Source: Nemertoderma westbladi (Eukaryota; Animalia; Xenacoelomorpha). From it: a stretch of 64,000 nt of DNA. The DNA is taken from NCBI GenBank assembly GCA_032718475.1, contig JAUCBJ010006791.1, positions 1-64,000 on the forward strand. Reading direction: 5' to 3'. The translations under genes were made by a program, and so were the position numbers. The notes beneath the pieces are model-generated. The model saw nothing but the letters and a program-made list of their open reading frames with translations. It searched no databases and was not told the origin of the DNA. Below, piece by piece: positions 46,001 to 60,186 of the stretch; the first letter of the stretch is position 1, and every line of letters starts with the position of its first letter.

Positions 46001-49000
46001 AGTCAGTTCACCACCATTTTTTGGTGGCGAACAGATTGAGGTCCATGATGGAGTCAGTTCACCACCATTTTTTGGTGGCGAACAGATTGAGGTCCATGAT
46101 GGAGTCAGTTCACCACCATTTTTTGGTGGCGAACAGATTGAGGTCCATGATGGAGTCAGTTCACCATCATTTTTTGGTGGCGAACAGATTGAGGTCCATG
46201 ATGGTGTCAGTTCACCATCATTTTTTGGTGGCGAACAGATTGAGGTCCATGATGGAGTCAGTTCACCGCCATTTTTTGGTGGCGAACAGATTGAGGTCCA
46301 CGATGGAGTGTTGTTCACCACCATTTTTTTGTGGCGAACAGATAGAGGTCCATGATGGAGTCATTTCACCACCATTTTTTGGTGGCGAACAGATTGAGGT
46401 CCATGATGGAGTCAGTTCACCACCATTTTTTGGTGGCGAACAGATTGAGGTCCATGATGGAGTCAGTTCACCACCATTTTTTGGTGGCGAACAGATAAGG
46501 TCCATGATGGAGTCAGTTCACCACCATTTTTTGGTGGCGAACAGATTGAGGTCCATGATGGAGTCAGTTCACCACCATTTTTTGGTGGCGAACAGATTGA
46601 GGTCCATGATGGAGTCAGTTCACCACCATTTTTTGGTGGCGAACAGATTGAGGTCCATGATGGAGTCAGTTCACCACCATTTTTTGGTGGCGAACAGATT
46701 GAGGTCCATGATGGAGTTAGTTCACCACCATTTTTTGGTGGCGAACAGATTGAGGTCCATGATGGAGTCAGTTCACCACCATTTTTTGGTGGCGAACAGA
46801 TTGAGGTCCATGATGGAGTCAGTTCACCACCATTTTTTGGTGGCGAACAGATTGAGGTCCATGATGGAGTCAGTTCACCACCATTTTTTGGTGGCGAACA
46901 GATTGAGGTCCATGATGGAGTCAGTTCACCATCATTTTTTGGTGGCGAACAGATTGAGGTCCATGATGGTGTCAGTTCACCATCATTTTTTGGTGGCGAA
47001 CAGATTGAGGTCCATGATGGAGTCAGTTCACCACCATTTTTTGGTGGCGAACAGATTGAGGTCCACGATGGAGTGTTGTTCACCACCATTTTTTGGTGGC
47101 GAACAGATAGAGGTCCATGATGGAGTCAGTTCACCACCATTTTTTGGTGGCGAACAGATTGAGGTCCATGATGGAGTCAGTTCACCACCATTTTTTGGTG
47201 GCGAACAGATTGAGGTCCATGATGGAGTCAGTTCACCACCATTTTTTGGTGGCGAACAGATAGAGGTCCATGATGGAGTCATGTTCACCACCATTTTTTG
47301 GTGGCGAACAGATTGAGGTCCATGATGGAGTCAGTTCACCACCATTTTTTGGTGGCGAACAGATTGAGGTCCATGATGGAGTCAGTTCACCACCATTTTT
47401 TGGTGGCGAACAGATTGAGGTCCATGATGGAGTCAGTTCACCACCATTTTTTGGTGGCGAACAGATTGAGGTCCATGATGGAGTCAGTTCACCATCATTT
47501 TTTGGTGGCGAACAGATTGAGGTCCATGATGGAGTCAGTTCACCACCATTTTTTGGTGGCGAACAGATTGAGGTCCATGATGGAGTCAGTTCACCACCAT
47601 TTTTTGGTGGCGAACAGATTGAGGTCCATGATGGAGTGTTGTTCACCACCATTTTTTGGTGGCGAACAGATTGAGGTCCATGATGGAGTCAGTTCACCAT
47701 CATTTTTTGGTGGCGAACAGATTGAGGTCCATGATGGAGTCAGTTCACCACCATTTTTTGGTGGCGAACAGATTGAGGTCCATGATGGAGTGTTGTTCAC
47801 CACCATTTTTTGGTGGCGAACAGATTGAGGTCCATGATGGAGTCAGTTCACCATCATTTTTTGGTGGCGAACAGATTGAGGTCCATGATGGAGTCAGTTC
47901 ACCACCATTTTTTGGTGGCGAACAGATTGAGGTCCATGATGGAGTCAGTTCACCACCATTTTTTGGTGGCGAACAGATTGAGGTCCATGATGGAGTGTTG
48001 TTCACCACCATTTTTTGGTGGCGAACAGATTGAGGTCCATGATGGAGTCAGTTCACCACCATTTTTTGGTGGCGAACAGATTGAGGTCCATGATGGAGTC
48101 AGTTCACCACCATTTTTTGGTGGCGAACAGATTGAGGTCCATGATGGAGTCAGTTCACCACCATTTTTTGGTGGCGAACAGATTGAGGTCCATGATGGAG
48201 TGTTGTTCACCACCATTTTTTGGTGGCGAACAGATTGAGGTCCATGATGGAGTCAGTTCACCACCATTTTTTGGTGGCGAACAGATTGAGGTCCATGATG
48301 GAGTCAGTTCACCACCATTTTTTGGTGGCGAACAGATTGAGGTCCATGATGGAGTCAGTTCACCACCATTTTTTGGTGGCGAACAGATTGAGGTCCATGA
48401 TGGAGTCAGTTCACCACCATTTTTTGGTGGCGAACAGATTGAGGTCTATGATGGAGTGTTGTTCACCACCATTTTTTGGTGGCGAACAGATTGAGGTCCA
48501 TGATGGAGTCAGTTCACCACCATTTTTTGGTGGCGAACAGATTGAGGTCCATGATGGAGTCAGTTCACCACCATTTTTTGGTGGCGAACAGATTGAGGTC
48601 CATGATGGAGTCAGTTCACCACCATTTTTTGGTGGCGAACAGATTGAGGTCCATGATGGAGTCAGTTCACCACCATTTTTTGGTGGCGAACAGATTGAGG
48701 TCCATGATGGAGTCAGTTCACCACCATTTTTTGGTGGCGAACAGATTGAGGTCCATGATGGAGTGTTGTTCACCACCATTTTTTGGTGGCGAACAGATTG
48801 AGGTCCATGATGGAGTGTTGTTCACCACCATTTTTTGGTGGCGAACAGATTGAGGTCCATGATGGAGTCAGTTCACCACCATTTTTTGGTGGCAAACAGA
48901 TTGAGGTCCATGATGGAGTCAGTGCACCACCATTTTTTGGTGGCGAACAGATTGAGGTCCATGATGGAGTGTTGTTCACCACCATTTTTTGGTGGCGAAC

Positions 49001-50815
49001 AGATTGAGGTCCATGATGGAGTCAGTTGACCACCATTTTTTGGTGGCGAACAGATTGAGGTCCATGATGGATTCAGTTCACCATCATTTTTTGGTGGCGA
49101 ACAGATTGAGGTCCATGATGGAGTCAGTTCACCACCATTTTTTGGTGGCGAACAGATTGAGGTCCATGATGGAGTCAGTTCACCACCATTTTTTGGTGGC
49201 GAACAGATTGAGGTCCATGATGGAGTCAGTTCACCACCATTTTTTAGTGGCAAACAGATTGAGGTCCATGATGGAGTCAGTTCACCAGCATTTTTTGGTG
49301 GCGAACAGATTGAGGTCCATGATGGAGTCAGTTCACCACCATTTTTTGGTGGCGAACAGATTGAGGTCCATGATGGAGTCAGTTCACCACCATTTTTTGG
49401 TGGCGAACAGATTGAGGTCCATGATGGAGTCAGTTCACCATCATTTTTTGGTGGCGAACAGATTGAGGTCCATGATGGAGTGTTGTTCACCACCATTTTT
49501 TGGTGGCGAACAGATTGAGGTCCATGATGGAGTCAGTTCACCACCATTTTTTGGTGGCGAACAGATTGAGGTCCATGATGGAGTGTTGTTCACCACCATT
49601 TTTTGGTGGCGAACAGATTGAGGTCCATGATGGAGTGTTGTTCACCACCATTTTTTGGTGGCGAACAGATTGAGGTCCATGATGGAGTGTTGTTCACCAC
49701 CATTTTTTGGTGGCGAACAGATTGAGGTCCATGATGGAGTCAGTTCACCACCATTTTTTGGTGGCGAACAGATTGGGGTCCATGATGGAGTGTTGTTCAC
49801 CACCATTTTTTGGTGGCGAACAGATTGAGGTTCATGATGCAGTCAGTTCACCACCATTTTTTGGTGGCGAACAGATTGAGGTCCATGATGGAGTCAGTTC
49901 ACCACCATTTTTTGGTGCGAACAGATTGAGGTCCATGATGGAGTCAGTTCACCACCATTTTTTGGTGGCGAACAGATTGAGGTCCATGATGGAGTCAGTT
50001 CACCACCATTTTTTGGTGGCGAACGGATTGAGGTCCATGATGGAGTCAGTTCACCAGCATTTTTTGATGGCGAACAGATTGAGGTCGATGATGGAGTCAG
50101 TTCACCACCATTTTTTGGTGGCGAACAGATAAGGTCCATGATGGAGTCAGTTCACCACCATGTTTTGGTGGCGAACAGATTGAGGTCCATGATGGAGTCA
50201 GTTCACCACCATTTTTTGGTGGCGAACAGATTGAGGTCCATGATGGAGTGTTGTTCACCACCATTTTTTGGTGGCGAACAGATTGAGGTCCATGATGGAG
50301 TCAGTTCACCACCATTTTTTGGTGGCGAACAGATTGAGGTCCATGATGGAGTCAGTTCACCACCATTTTTTGGTGGCGAACGGATTGAGGTCCATGATGG
50401 AGTCAGTTCACCACCATTTTTTGGTGGCGAACAGATAAGGTCCATGATGGAGTCAGTTCACCACCACTTTTTGGTGGCGAACAGGTTGAGGTCCATGATG
50501 GAGTCAGTTCACCACCATTTTTTGGTGGCGAAAAGATAAGGTCCATGATGGAGTCAGTTCACCACCATTTTTTGGTGGCGAACAGATTGAGGTCCATGAT
50601 GGAGTCAGTTCACCACCATTTTTTGGTGTCGAACAGATTGAGGTCCATGATGGAGTCAGTTCACCACCATTTTTTGGTGGCGAACAGATTGAGGTCCATG
50701 ATGGAGTTAGTTCACCACCATTTTTTGGTGGCGAACAGATTGAGGTCCATGATGGAGTCAGTTCACCACCATTTTTTGGTGGCGAACAGATTGAGGTCCA
50801 TGATGGAGTCAGTTC
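43080..50815. repeat. 51-bp tandem satellite (~151 units) with internal hairpin
   Basis: Unit ATGATGGAGTCAGTTCACCACCATTTTTTGGTGGCGAACAGATTGAGGTCC; 52-bp (GTGTTGTTC) and 50-bp (GATAAGG) variants. Confidence 0.98.
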
Positions 50816-52410
50816 TAGTAGCTGCGGTTGTGGTCATCGCCTCGCAGGCCTGCCCCATTGCCACTGGAGCATAGGTGGGCCTGGGCAAACTGGAGTCTGC
50901 GGCATATCCCACCCAATACACAGATGAGTCACATTACATCATGCCAGCGCACCTGGCAACCAGTGACCCCATGAGGTATTGTATAAGGATGTCTGTTTCC
51001 TTATACTACATGGAATATGTGCGATACAAACTAGTGGATTAAACAACATCATCCTTGTTGTCGCATATATTGTTGTAATGCTGTTTATTTGCATGAACTC
51101 TTTGGTCAAGGATTGAGGTCACTGAGTGGTTGTCCTGGATGGAAGAGGTGGTGTGAAATTTATTGTTTGGTAATTCTACGACCTGATCTTGTTACCATCG
51201 TGTTTGGTGTATTTGTCAAGGCAACTAAGGGTTTTGTATTATTAACAATTTTCCCAGTTGATGTAGATACGAATGTTGAAGTCAGTGTGGGTTTCACATT
51301 ATCTTGATCTTCATTATTAATAGCAGCAGAATGATATGGGTAATTATCAATCTCAAGTGGCACAAGTAGGTGTGCTGATCGGGTTGTCGTTTTCCCATGG
51401 ATCTTAAGATCAACAGCGTGATCTTTACCATCTCACCCTGTTAGTAAACGAGTAACATGGGCCAGAGGCCATTTACCTCGAGGAAGCCATCCACAGCCTT
51501 TTGGAGCAGATTCTCGAACAAATACAATTGCCCCCACACTTGGCATACTACCATGTGAACTGGTTGATCTCCATGTACTAAGAGAATTCAAGTAATCTCG
51601 AGACCATAACTTCCAGCATAACTGACTTGCTTTATTACGCTTCAATAGTGTTTGGCAAATGTTATCTGCATTAATTGCAATGATATCTAGTTCATTATCG
51701 GCTGGTGGTGGTGTGCCATAGAGGAAATGACTGGGTGTAATTACTGACAGATCATTGAAATCATTCGAAGATGCAGTAAGTGGACGTTCATTGCTGATTC
51801 AGTCTCAGCCAAGAAAGCTTCTAACTCTCTGACACCATGACAAACTGTCTGTATACAGTTCTTTATAATGCGGTTTAACCGCTCCCAAAACCCACCCCAG
51901 TAGGGTGATCGAGCTGGAATGAAATTCCAATTGATAATGTGCGATGGAAATTTCATTGTCGATACCTTCAAAAAGGTCTTTGCATTGTCTGATCTGAAAT
52001 GGACTTCTCAAAAAAGTGGAATTCTGCGAGCCAGGAATTTTCAGAAAGACAAATGAGTAGTAGTTGCTTGGAGATCATCTACGAGTTCCAGGTGGACAGC
52101 TCATATACTTGCACAGGTAAATAGTAGAATATAAGCTTTAGTCTTCTCTTCAATATATATAGGTCCAAGATGGTCAACTCCAGTAGTATGGAATGGAACA
52201 ACAGGTGTGGTCTGGAATGGTTGAAGTGCAGACTATGGTGGGTTATAAGGTGTGGCTCAGTAACGTTTACATTTTGGGCCACTATAAACTAGCTTATGTA
52301 CCATAGATCTACCTTTAGGTATCCAATATTTTGTGCGAACCTGTGATAATGTTGCTTCAACACCTTGATCCTGAAGAACTGAATGTATATGAAATACAAT
52401 ATGGAAGAAG

Positions 52411-52893
52411 CTACTACTACTACTAGGATCGGCATGCTGCATTGCAGCTGCATTTGTAAGAATGCTGTGCCGGCTTGTCGACAAAATTGCGCCGCCACAA
52501 CTCCTTATCACCCATGACATTTGCTAGATCATCCGCATCTTCAAGGCCAGTGTCCTTTAAGATGCGTCTCAAGAAAGTCATGGGCTGTCCACCATGCTTA
52601 TTCATATCCACTCCATGAGGCTGCCAAAGTACAAGATTATGCACTGGCTGGTCCTCACGGCGAAAGCAATGTCCTGCAAAGCGGAGGCGATTTTGTTCTA
52701 GTGTCAAGCTTGGGGGAACCAATGAGACACCTCCAATGTTATATAGTGTCTGGTTGGAGATGTGTGCATTGTACTTGACACAATGAACCCGGCCTAGCAT
52801 TCCTGTGAATGTGCCATCCAGAGATTTGGTGTCCTCAGCAGTTAGAGCCCAGCATGGACTCCCATAGAGGAGTACTAGAACTACTGCTGCTCT
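52411..52893 (-). mobile_element. 5'-truncated RTE-clade LINE fragment inserted in the old BEL integrase
   Basis: Near-identical to 61200-61670; LLYGSPCW, RLRFAGHCFR; (TAG)n tail. Confidence 0.88.
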
Positions 52894-54250
52894 GTTCAAC
52901 CCAGATTAAATAGTTTAGAGCAAATTTGAGTTCTACAGTCCATAGAAAACCTGATACCCTAGTAGTGAGTATATGTTGGGAATTTGTGATAAATCTAAAT
53001 ACCCAAGAGGTTGACACGAACTAAATGAACAAAATTAGAGAATCGAGTAATATCAAAAGGTGATTCAAATAAAGGATCAGGATTTCCAATAGTAAGTAAC
53101 TGGGGTGGAGCTGTCGGTGGTTGAGGCCAATATATTTGAGGTTCACGGAGAAATGGTGGACCATGATGGTACAGATTGCTGTTTGCTAACGCTGACAAGC
53201 GAGCTCCCTGTGAAGAATTAGGTGTATCAGAATATATATCCATTGATCAGGTAACGTATATAATGTAATAATTATGATCAACAAAAATTATGTCACTATC
53301 AGTATCCCAACTTACACCTAGAACTTTGGTTGGGTTTTGTGCCTAATATTTGGGCAAAGACATTCACTTGTCCAGTCCAAGCATTAAAAGACATTGGTTG
53401 GTCTGAAAAACTACTGCTCAGGTCAAATAATACACATTGCGATTGTTGGGTATGTATATATTCCCCAAATGACCCAGTGGTCAATGTTATGGAATCACAA
53501 ACGGGTAAATCCAGTGAGGTCGCTGTTTCGCAGCGAATATATGATCGTTTGGACCCATTGTCCAACCAAGTATAATAAATATATCCAAATTCCAGAATTT
53601 CCACCTGGTACTGTAATAAATGCTTTTGCAATTTCCACAAATACTTTACAAGAACCTATATTTGTGGCAGAGTTCGTGGGTTCAATGTCAATATTGGACA
53701 ATGCTGGAGTAGATGGATATGAATGTTGAGAAGGCTGAAAGGATCTTGGACCCCTTGAATTTAGATGAATTGGGGGCTGATTAAAAGGCAATATACTTGT
53801 ATTACTGGTACGGTTTGGTTGATTAGGTATATTATTGGTATGGTTACTACTACCACCAGCTGCATACTTTGGAGTATGAGTAGGTCCATTGCAAAGGGAA
53901 TTACGGTTAGTGTTTGATTTTGGGGAGAAACATAACATAGAATGGTGACGTTTGTCACAGTAATGACACAGCTGAGTAGATTGACATTCTTCATTCAGAT
54001 TGACTCTGGTGAGGTCCCAAACAATTTCTACAAAAGTTAGAAGAAAACATAAGCTGGGAACGTTATTGTGGTGTTTTATTGATAAAGGACCTGCAATTCT
54101 TAACTCCATGTGGCTTTCCTCTACAGGTAGGGCAAGCAATCTATAACAGCTCGATAACAGGTAAAGATGACGTAGTAAAATTCTGGGAGACATATTTTGT
54201 ACCAGAGCTATAATAGTTAGGTTTTATGGAATTATGGTTTACTATTACCA

Positions 54251-55289
54251 TTACACTATGGAACCAACTGCCTGCCGAACTTAGAAACGTCAGCGAGATC
54301 GAACTGTTTAAAACTAAATTAAAAACCCATCTTTTTAGATCTGCCTACCATTAAATATCACCTACTTTTTAAATTTTATTACAGTATGATCATTTGTAAT
54401 TACTTTATTAATTTTATCGTACATTTTAACTATACTAGACACCATTTAACATTGACTCTATATTTTATATCATATATGTTCCGAACTGAACTTGATGTAT
54501 TTTATTAATATGTAATATGTGCTTGTCATTTCATAATTTTATTTTACACCTTATGTTTTTTGAGTTTGGTACACCTTATGATACAACTGTATGTCTGTCC
54601 TGTATATGGTTTATCAATTTCTATTTTTATTTATGAACCATTCGCTCTATATTTTTAAGCCCTAAGTAATACCTTTTAATATGCATATTTTTTAATTATT
54701 ATTTATTATTATTATCTTTAATCCACGCCATTAAGGCACATAGTAAAAATAAATACATAATTAAATTGGACAATAGAAATACACAGGTAGATGAGTCTAA
54801 ATAAGATGGGGTACATGAAAAGCATAAGTAAGATTATTAACTATTAGCACAGCACAACTATATTACAGTAATTAGTGTTATTTTACGTAATTTAAGTTCA
54901 ACATTTCACGAATACGCGAAACGCCATGTTGCCGACAGATAACAGACACACCCCGTAGGATGCTATTGTCAATGTTGTCAACCCTGTTGAACAAACTCGT
55001 AATCGATTTATAACGTAAGTGAATGAATAAAGGTATAATCAGTAGATCAAATGTCAGAGAAATACTAGTGGATTCTCCATCAGTATTCTACGTATAATTT
55101 TACTTACTTTGTATAACTTAACTATAGTTATATATTACTACTTGTACTAAATTTACTTACTTATTAATATGTTCCGTTTTTACGCACCACACATTGTATC
55201 TATACCGGTTTGTCTCGAGCTCTTGCAAATCTCAGCGCCTTAGAGTACGCCACAATTGTAATTTTGGCGCTTTACAAATATATTTATTA
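54251..55289 (+). mobile_element. 3' fragment of a second L2-type LINE; its tail resumes at 58052-58063
   Basis: LWNQLPAELRN...FKTKLKTHLFRSAY*; 3' stem AGCGCC/GGCGCT followed by TTACAAAT and a (TTA)n tail split by the DNA transposon. Confidence 0.75.
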
Positions 55290-58051
55290 TAGTCCAGTAG
55301 ACGCTCAATAGAGCTCAAGGGAGGACCGTGAACTTGGGTCATCACGCAATTTTATTTTCTCAATGTCTTCCCTGATAATAATAATGTAAATATTCACCGG
55401 GTGCCAGTTGGGATACCTTGGGGAATTTTTTTTACAGCATAAAATACAAGTGCAAATTATTCAACCTATTCCAAAAATTGCATTAAATTATAAACGTTTG
55501 TTACTGGAGTAATTAAATTAAGTGTTCTAGAACAGAGATAAACAACTACGTATATCTGTATATGTTTAGATCTGAATATACTGTAATTGCAGTATAATTA
55601 GCTATGATATGAAAGCTTTGATTACCCATATTTTGCAAATCTTTTAACGGTATGTAGGCCTACGCCTTTGCTCGTTTGTTTTATTTATTGTTCACCACCG
55701 TTTCGTTAACCGCTTCGTTTATATATTGCCTACCGCCTCGTAATTTAACTTGGTTTACACACACACTTTATTGGTGATTAGTCTTATTTATTGAAATTGA
55801 TATAGCTAGTATTTTTTATAGCAGCACACAGCGGCACATTTATTCATAAAACCAAAAAATAATATTACGTTACTTGTTTTGTATTTTACATATCTAGTGT
55901 TTTTTATGGTTGTTAGCAGTTTTAGTTGAATTGAAAATGAATTTAGCTAAATTGAAAATATTAATTCTAAAATATTCCAGAATAAGCAAAAAGTAAAAAC
56001 ATAAGAAAGGGGAAGTCACTTGGTGGATTGAAGGGGAAAACTCTGTCCCAAGAACAGTCGACCATTTGGGTGTTATCCCACCACATAGGCAATATGTTTG
56101 CCTTGGGTGTGGATAACATGTTTGATTCTGGGTCAGTGGAGGATGATGAAAATCTTGAAGGTGATTTAAGGCCGCGTTCACACTACCGAGTCAAAGTCAA
56201 AGTCAAAAGACAAAATGTAAATCACAAAACATGAAATTAAATTTTTTCTAGAATCCCCTTATGTATTATATTAGGCCTATATAATGTATTATTATTTATG
56301 ATTGCTAGCTAACTATATTTATTTTATTTGTCTTTTATTACTTTGACTCGGTAAGTGTGAACGCGGCCTTAGACCACATAAAGAGGAAGGCACTACAGCA
56401 CTAAGCGGCGGCATCTTGATGCCGGTGATAGAATCAGTATACTTCGAACATTAAAAAACATTATACTAATGAGTTGATCAATATTGTGAATGGTCGTATA
56501 GCTCCACCAGAAGTCAATGTCGATAATGCCGTAAAGTTGGAGTTGGAGTCGGCAAGGGCATTCAAATCAACTCTCCCAAATGGTTTCTACCAGATAATAA
56601 ATAACACGCTCAGTTTTAACTATGGATTTGAAACCCACACGTGGCAAACATGGTTATGCAAGACCTAAGATATGGAGAGATTATACGCAAGACTTTTGAT
56701 TGTCTCACAGAAACGCAATATTGATTTGTTAGAATTGTTTAGCTATGAACTATGCGGCCATTACCTCCATCACTATTCAATGAGTATGGTGAATTACGTT
56801 CTGGAAAGAAAACTGATTTGGTTTCTCTGGCAGTAAATGGGGCCAACCCACTCCCCCCTGTTGATTTGGAACTAGTTGATGGAAATGCTTCGCTATACCA
56901 TACCGGTATTAATTGGTCTAACAAGTTATCTGTAGCCGCTTTTTGTGATGCCTACTGCAGCAAATATACAGATACAGTATAGCTGAACACCATCATGAAA
57001 CGTATAATATTTGATCGTTACTTTCCAGGTAGCATTAAATCTTTAGAAAGGGAAAAGCGTAATAAATCCAACAGTTATCAACAATATGAACTATCACTAG
57101 AAACAATTCTACCTTCCAGAGACACTATTATGAAGTCTGTGAACAATAAACAAATGTGTAATTATACAACACATAAATCATTACACCTTGTAATAAGAAA
57201 CCACCACCATGTAACACCACCTAATAATATATTCGAACATGAAGAAGCTGATGTTACTATTATTAGTTACATGTTAAAGTTAACTGATTATGACAACATC
57301 AGACATATACAAATAACAACAGAAGATACAGACATTTTCGTACTAGCAGTATTCTTCTTCTTCTTCTGGCTATATCAACCAACTGTTCAACTCTCCATAC
57401 GTCGATTTAATGGAAAAATCATAAATATCAACAGCACTGATATCCAACTCGGAAATCAGTGTGCTTGTCTCCTTTCTTTACACGCTTTATCTGTTGGGAT
57501 ACAGTATCATATCCATATGGGAAGGGAAAAAAGAACGCAATCAAATTGATGTGTACGTTGCACGAATCCCCGCAGATTTTCAGTGATCCAAATGTTACAG
57601 AAGAAGAATGGCTACAAATAGGCCTCTCGTTCATTATACACCTCTATGGTGGTGGCATATCGGATACTCTGAATGAACTTCGACATAGGCTATTCACTAC
57701 AAAGAAGCAACACCCTAAAGTATTCAACCTTCCCCCCACACAGAGTGCCGCTGTACAACATGTAAAACGGGCTCGTTTGCAAGTTCTTTTGTGGAGAGCT
57801 GCTGATGATCCTGCACTTCCACTGTTGGCTGTTAACAAGTTTGGTGTGATGGCGATCAATGACAAACTGATAACGGATCCTGGCGTCTCATTGCTATGGA
57901 AACTTAGGTTAAGGGCTTTATAAAAAGTTCCCCAAAGGTGCCGAAGTGGCACCCGATGGATTTTGATTACTCTAAGGTCCGACTAAAGTTTAAGCAAATA
58001 AAAATGCGTGATGACCCAAAGTCACGGTGGACCCCTCTGTCTACCTGACTA
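55290..58051 (+). mobile_element. Defective TIR DNA transposon, probably Academ (XPG/FEN1-like nuclease type)
   Basis: Imperfect TIRs TAGTCCAGTAGAC.../...GTCTACCTGACTA with subterminal inverted TTGGGTCATCACGCA; TTA on both sides. Frameshifted coding remnant with ELFSYEL..PPSLF, VDGNA, IFDRY, HEEAD, EDTDIFVL, HA..DTVSYPYGKGKK. Confidence 0.72.
56169..56369. mobile_element. MITE (~200 bp) inside the Academ-like element
   Basis: ~30-bp TIRs AGGCCGCGTTCACACTACCGAGTCAAAGT / ACTTTGACTCGGTAAGTGTGAACGCGGCCT; TA on both flanks; AT-rich interior. Confidence 0.85.
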
Positions 58052-59140
58052 TTATTATTATTAAAGGTCAAACCAGTCGATTACATGGGATCGGTTCCAT
58101 TCTAATACAACTTCAGGTGGAAGATTTTGTAACAAGAATGGGGCCAATAACAAGGAGGTAAGATCGTTTGGCTTAGGGGATATGACAACATCAGATGCAT
58201 TTGATGGTTGGAGTTAACAGGCCAGTGACTGGATTTCCCTGAGAGCACCTTGGAATAAGTCTACAGTTTTCCTAAATAAACTTACATTTCCATCAGTTAT
58301 TATGGGTAGGTTACAAATACGGGATGAATAAAGACCTATTAATAAGTGAGGATCCCATATCTGCGTTTCAATAAATCAACAGCAGTTTTGTAATTTTGGG
58401 CAATGGCAGATAGGCCTAATAGTGCATCTTTGGCATCACCAACCAAGGAATAGCGAAGATATACAAATTGTTTAATATCTGGTAAACTACTTTCATTAAA
58501 CTGGTCCCAGTAGGGTCGCCATTCCATAAAATCACCATTAAATTTCGGAAACTTGTATTTTTGGCAGCCTAGATATACTAGGGGGTTCTTTAGAATCAGA
58601 TGATACTGAGTGAATACTGCTATTGTGATCATGAAATCGGTCTAATCGTGTCAAAATACGATTAGATTTAAAAATTAAATCCTCCATTTCATGGTGATAT
58701 GAACGGTCATCAGCTACACCACCATCTAACAACTTGGAATCAATTTCATCAGTTTTCGACCCTGTATTTCTAAACATGAAATTTTGTAAGCTAGATCATC
58801 AGAATCTGCATTCTCACCAAGGTTACGTATAGCACGGAGATCATTCATTAACTGGGTGGCAGGTAGATGCAGTAGTACGAAATGCCTTTAGTTCATCTAT
58901 TGAATGGGTATCTAGGCCTAATAAAACGGTTCGGCATCAGCAATTAAGCCTAGCTGCCTAGTTTGTGATTAGATTGTTAACAAAATGTAGAATCTTACAG
59001 TTTTACCTTGGTATCCTGTCTGAATCCTTCATAGTTCTGTTGTTTGCCGGTTCAAAGTGTATGCAAAGCTAAGTCCAAAATCAATAAGAGGCAATGATCA
59101 ACAAAAAATAGATGTCACCAATATATCATCAACATCCTGA

Positions 59141-59640
59141 TCTATACCTATAAAAATCAAATTCTGTCTGTCTCTCTCTCACAGCGATATCAAATGACGC
59201 CACCCTCTGATTGGTCCAGATAAAGCGTGCCACGAGGTCTGTTCAAACTCCCCCAACATCTGCGCAAACTCCCTCAACAGTTGCCCCCTGACGGTCAAGG
59301 TGTCCAGTGGCGAGTGTCACCTCCCGCTTGACTGAGGATAGACCAATGACAGCTGCGATTAGACCACCAAAGACCTCCCTCACCTGACTTACAGCTGCGG
59401 GTGTGGGAGGTTGTAAACTCTTTCCCACACACAGCCCTTACACTCAGCTGGGAGGCTTGTTGGTGTCAGGCCATAGCGCAGTGGCAGACTCTCTCAGAAC
59501 ATCTCCGGGTCTAGGTCGGTGTTGTCATAAAGGTGTTTATTGATCGAGCAGATTGCATGGGAAGATGAAGGATTGACAACCCGAACCATGTCGGACACCC
59601 AAGATTATAGATGGTGAATGCTGCTGCGAATCCTTGATCA
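59141..59640 (+). mobile_element. Possible Helitron-like 5' terminus and GC-richer interior (3' end not identified)
   Basis: A|TCTATACCTATAAAAA followed by a short CTGT/CT microsatellite resembles non-autonomous Helitron 5' ends; no convincing hairpin-CTRR end. Confidence 0.3.
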
Positions 59641-60186
59641 GGATACAATTTAACAAGAGTGTTTCTTAATAATGGAATATTTCCTTAGATACTTTGTTCC
59701 AATTCGTTTAAAAATATATAAGTAAAATTTGAATAATTGCCATTATTCAAACTAAATATTATTCTCATAATCTATATAATATATTTCAATATAACATTTA
59801 ACAGCTAAAATATACACATCTAACAGCTAATATATAACTCAAGTTATACAATTATTATTTGATACTTATTTAAAATTATTTAATATTTATTCATATATTA
59901 TATTATTTATATTTATATTTATTTATATTTATATGTATTTATATTTATGTTTATATGTTGATTTAAAATTACTTCGAATTTATTCATATTTGTATATTAT
60001 ATATATGTATATATATTTATATTATATTTATCTTGATGTTTATTATGTTAATTTAAATCATTTTATATTATATGTATTATATTTCTTTAACATATTTATT
60101 TTTAACTATTTACTATATATATTTGATATATTATTTATTTATAATTTTTCAAGTCATTGATGTTTTCACTCTTGAATTTTACATTT

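Larger units (their letters stand above)
51150..58900 (-). mobile_element. Old, fragmented BEL/Pao element (boundaries approximate)
   Basis: Gag remnants (PKFNGDFMEWRPYWDQF, YLRYSLVGDA, LLQNLPPEVVLEW), knuckle CHYCDKRHHSMLC, protease WLDNGSKRSYI, KVLGVSWD, HHGPPFL, integrase (RTKYWIPKGR, WNFIPARSPYWGGFWERL, PRGKWPLA). Many stops and deletions. Confidence 0.85.

Noticed and set aside
43078-50874. Many repetitive ORFs and a CRISPR-like palindromic repeat
   Set aside because: Head-to-tail 51-bp satellite with no unique spacers and no cas genes, in a eukaryotic context.
53240-53340. Old BEL apparently sharing the RT deletion of A/C
   Set aside because: It retains an RT C-terminal piece (KVLGVSWD) and has several unrelated deletions, so this is ordinary decay.
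59933-60160. 75-aa Tyr/Ile/Leu-rich ORF
   Set aside because: Low-complexity AT-rich DNA downstream of the GPCR stop.
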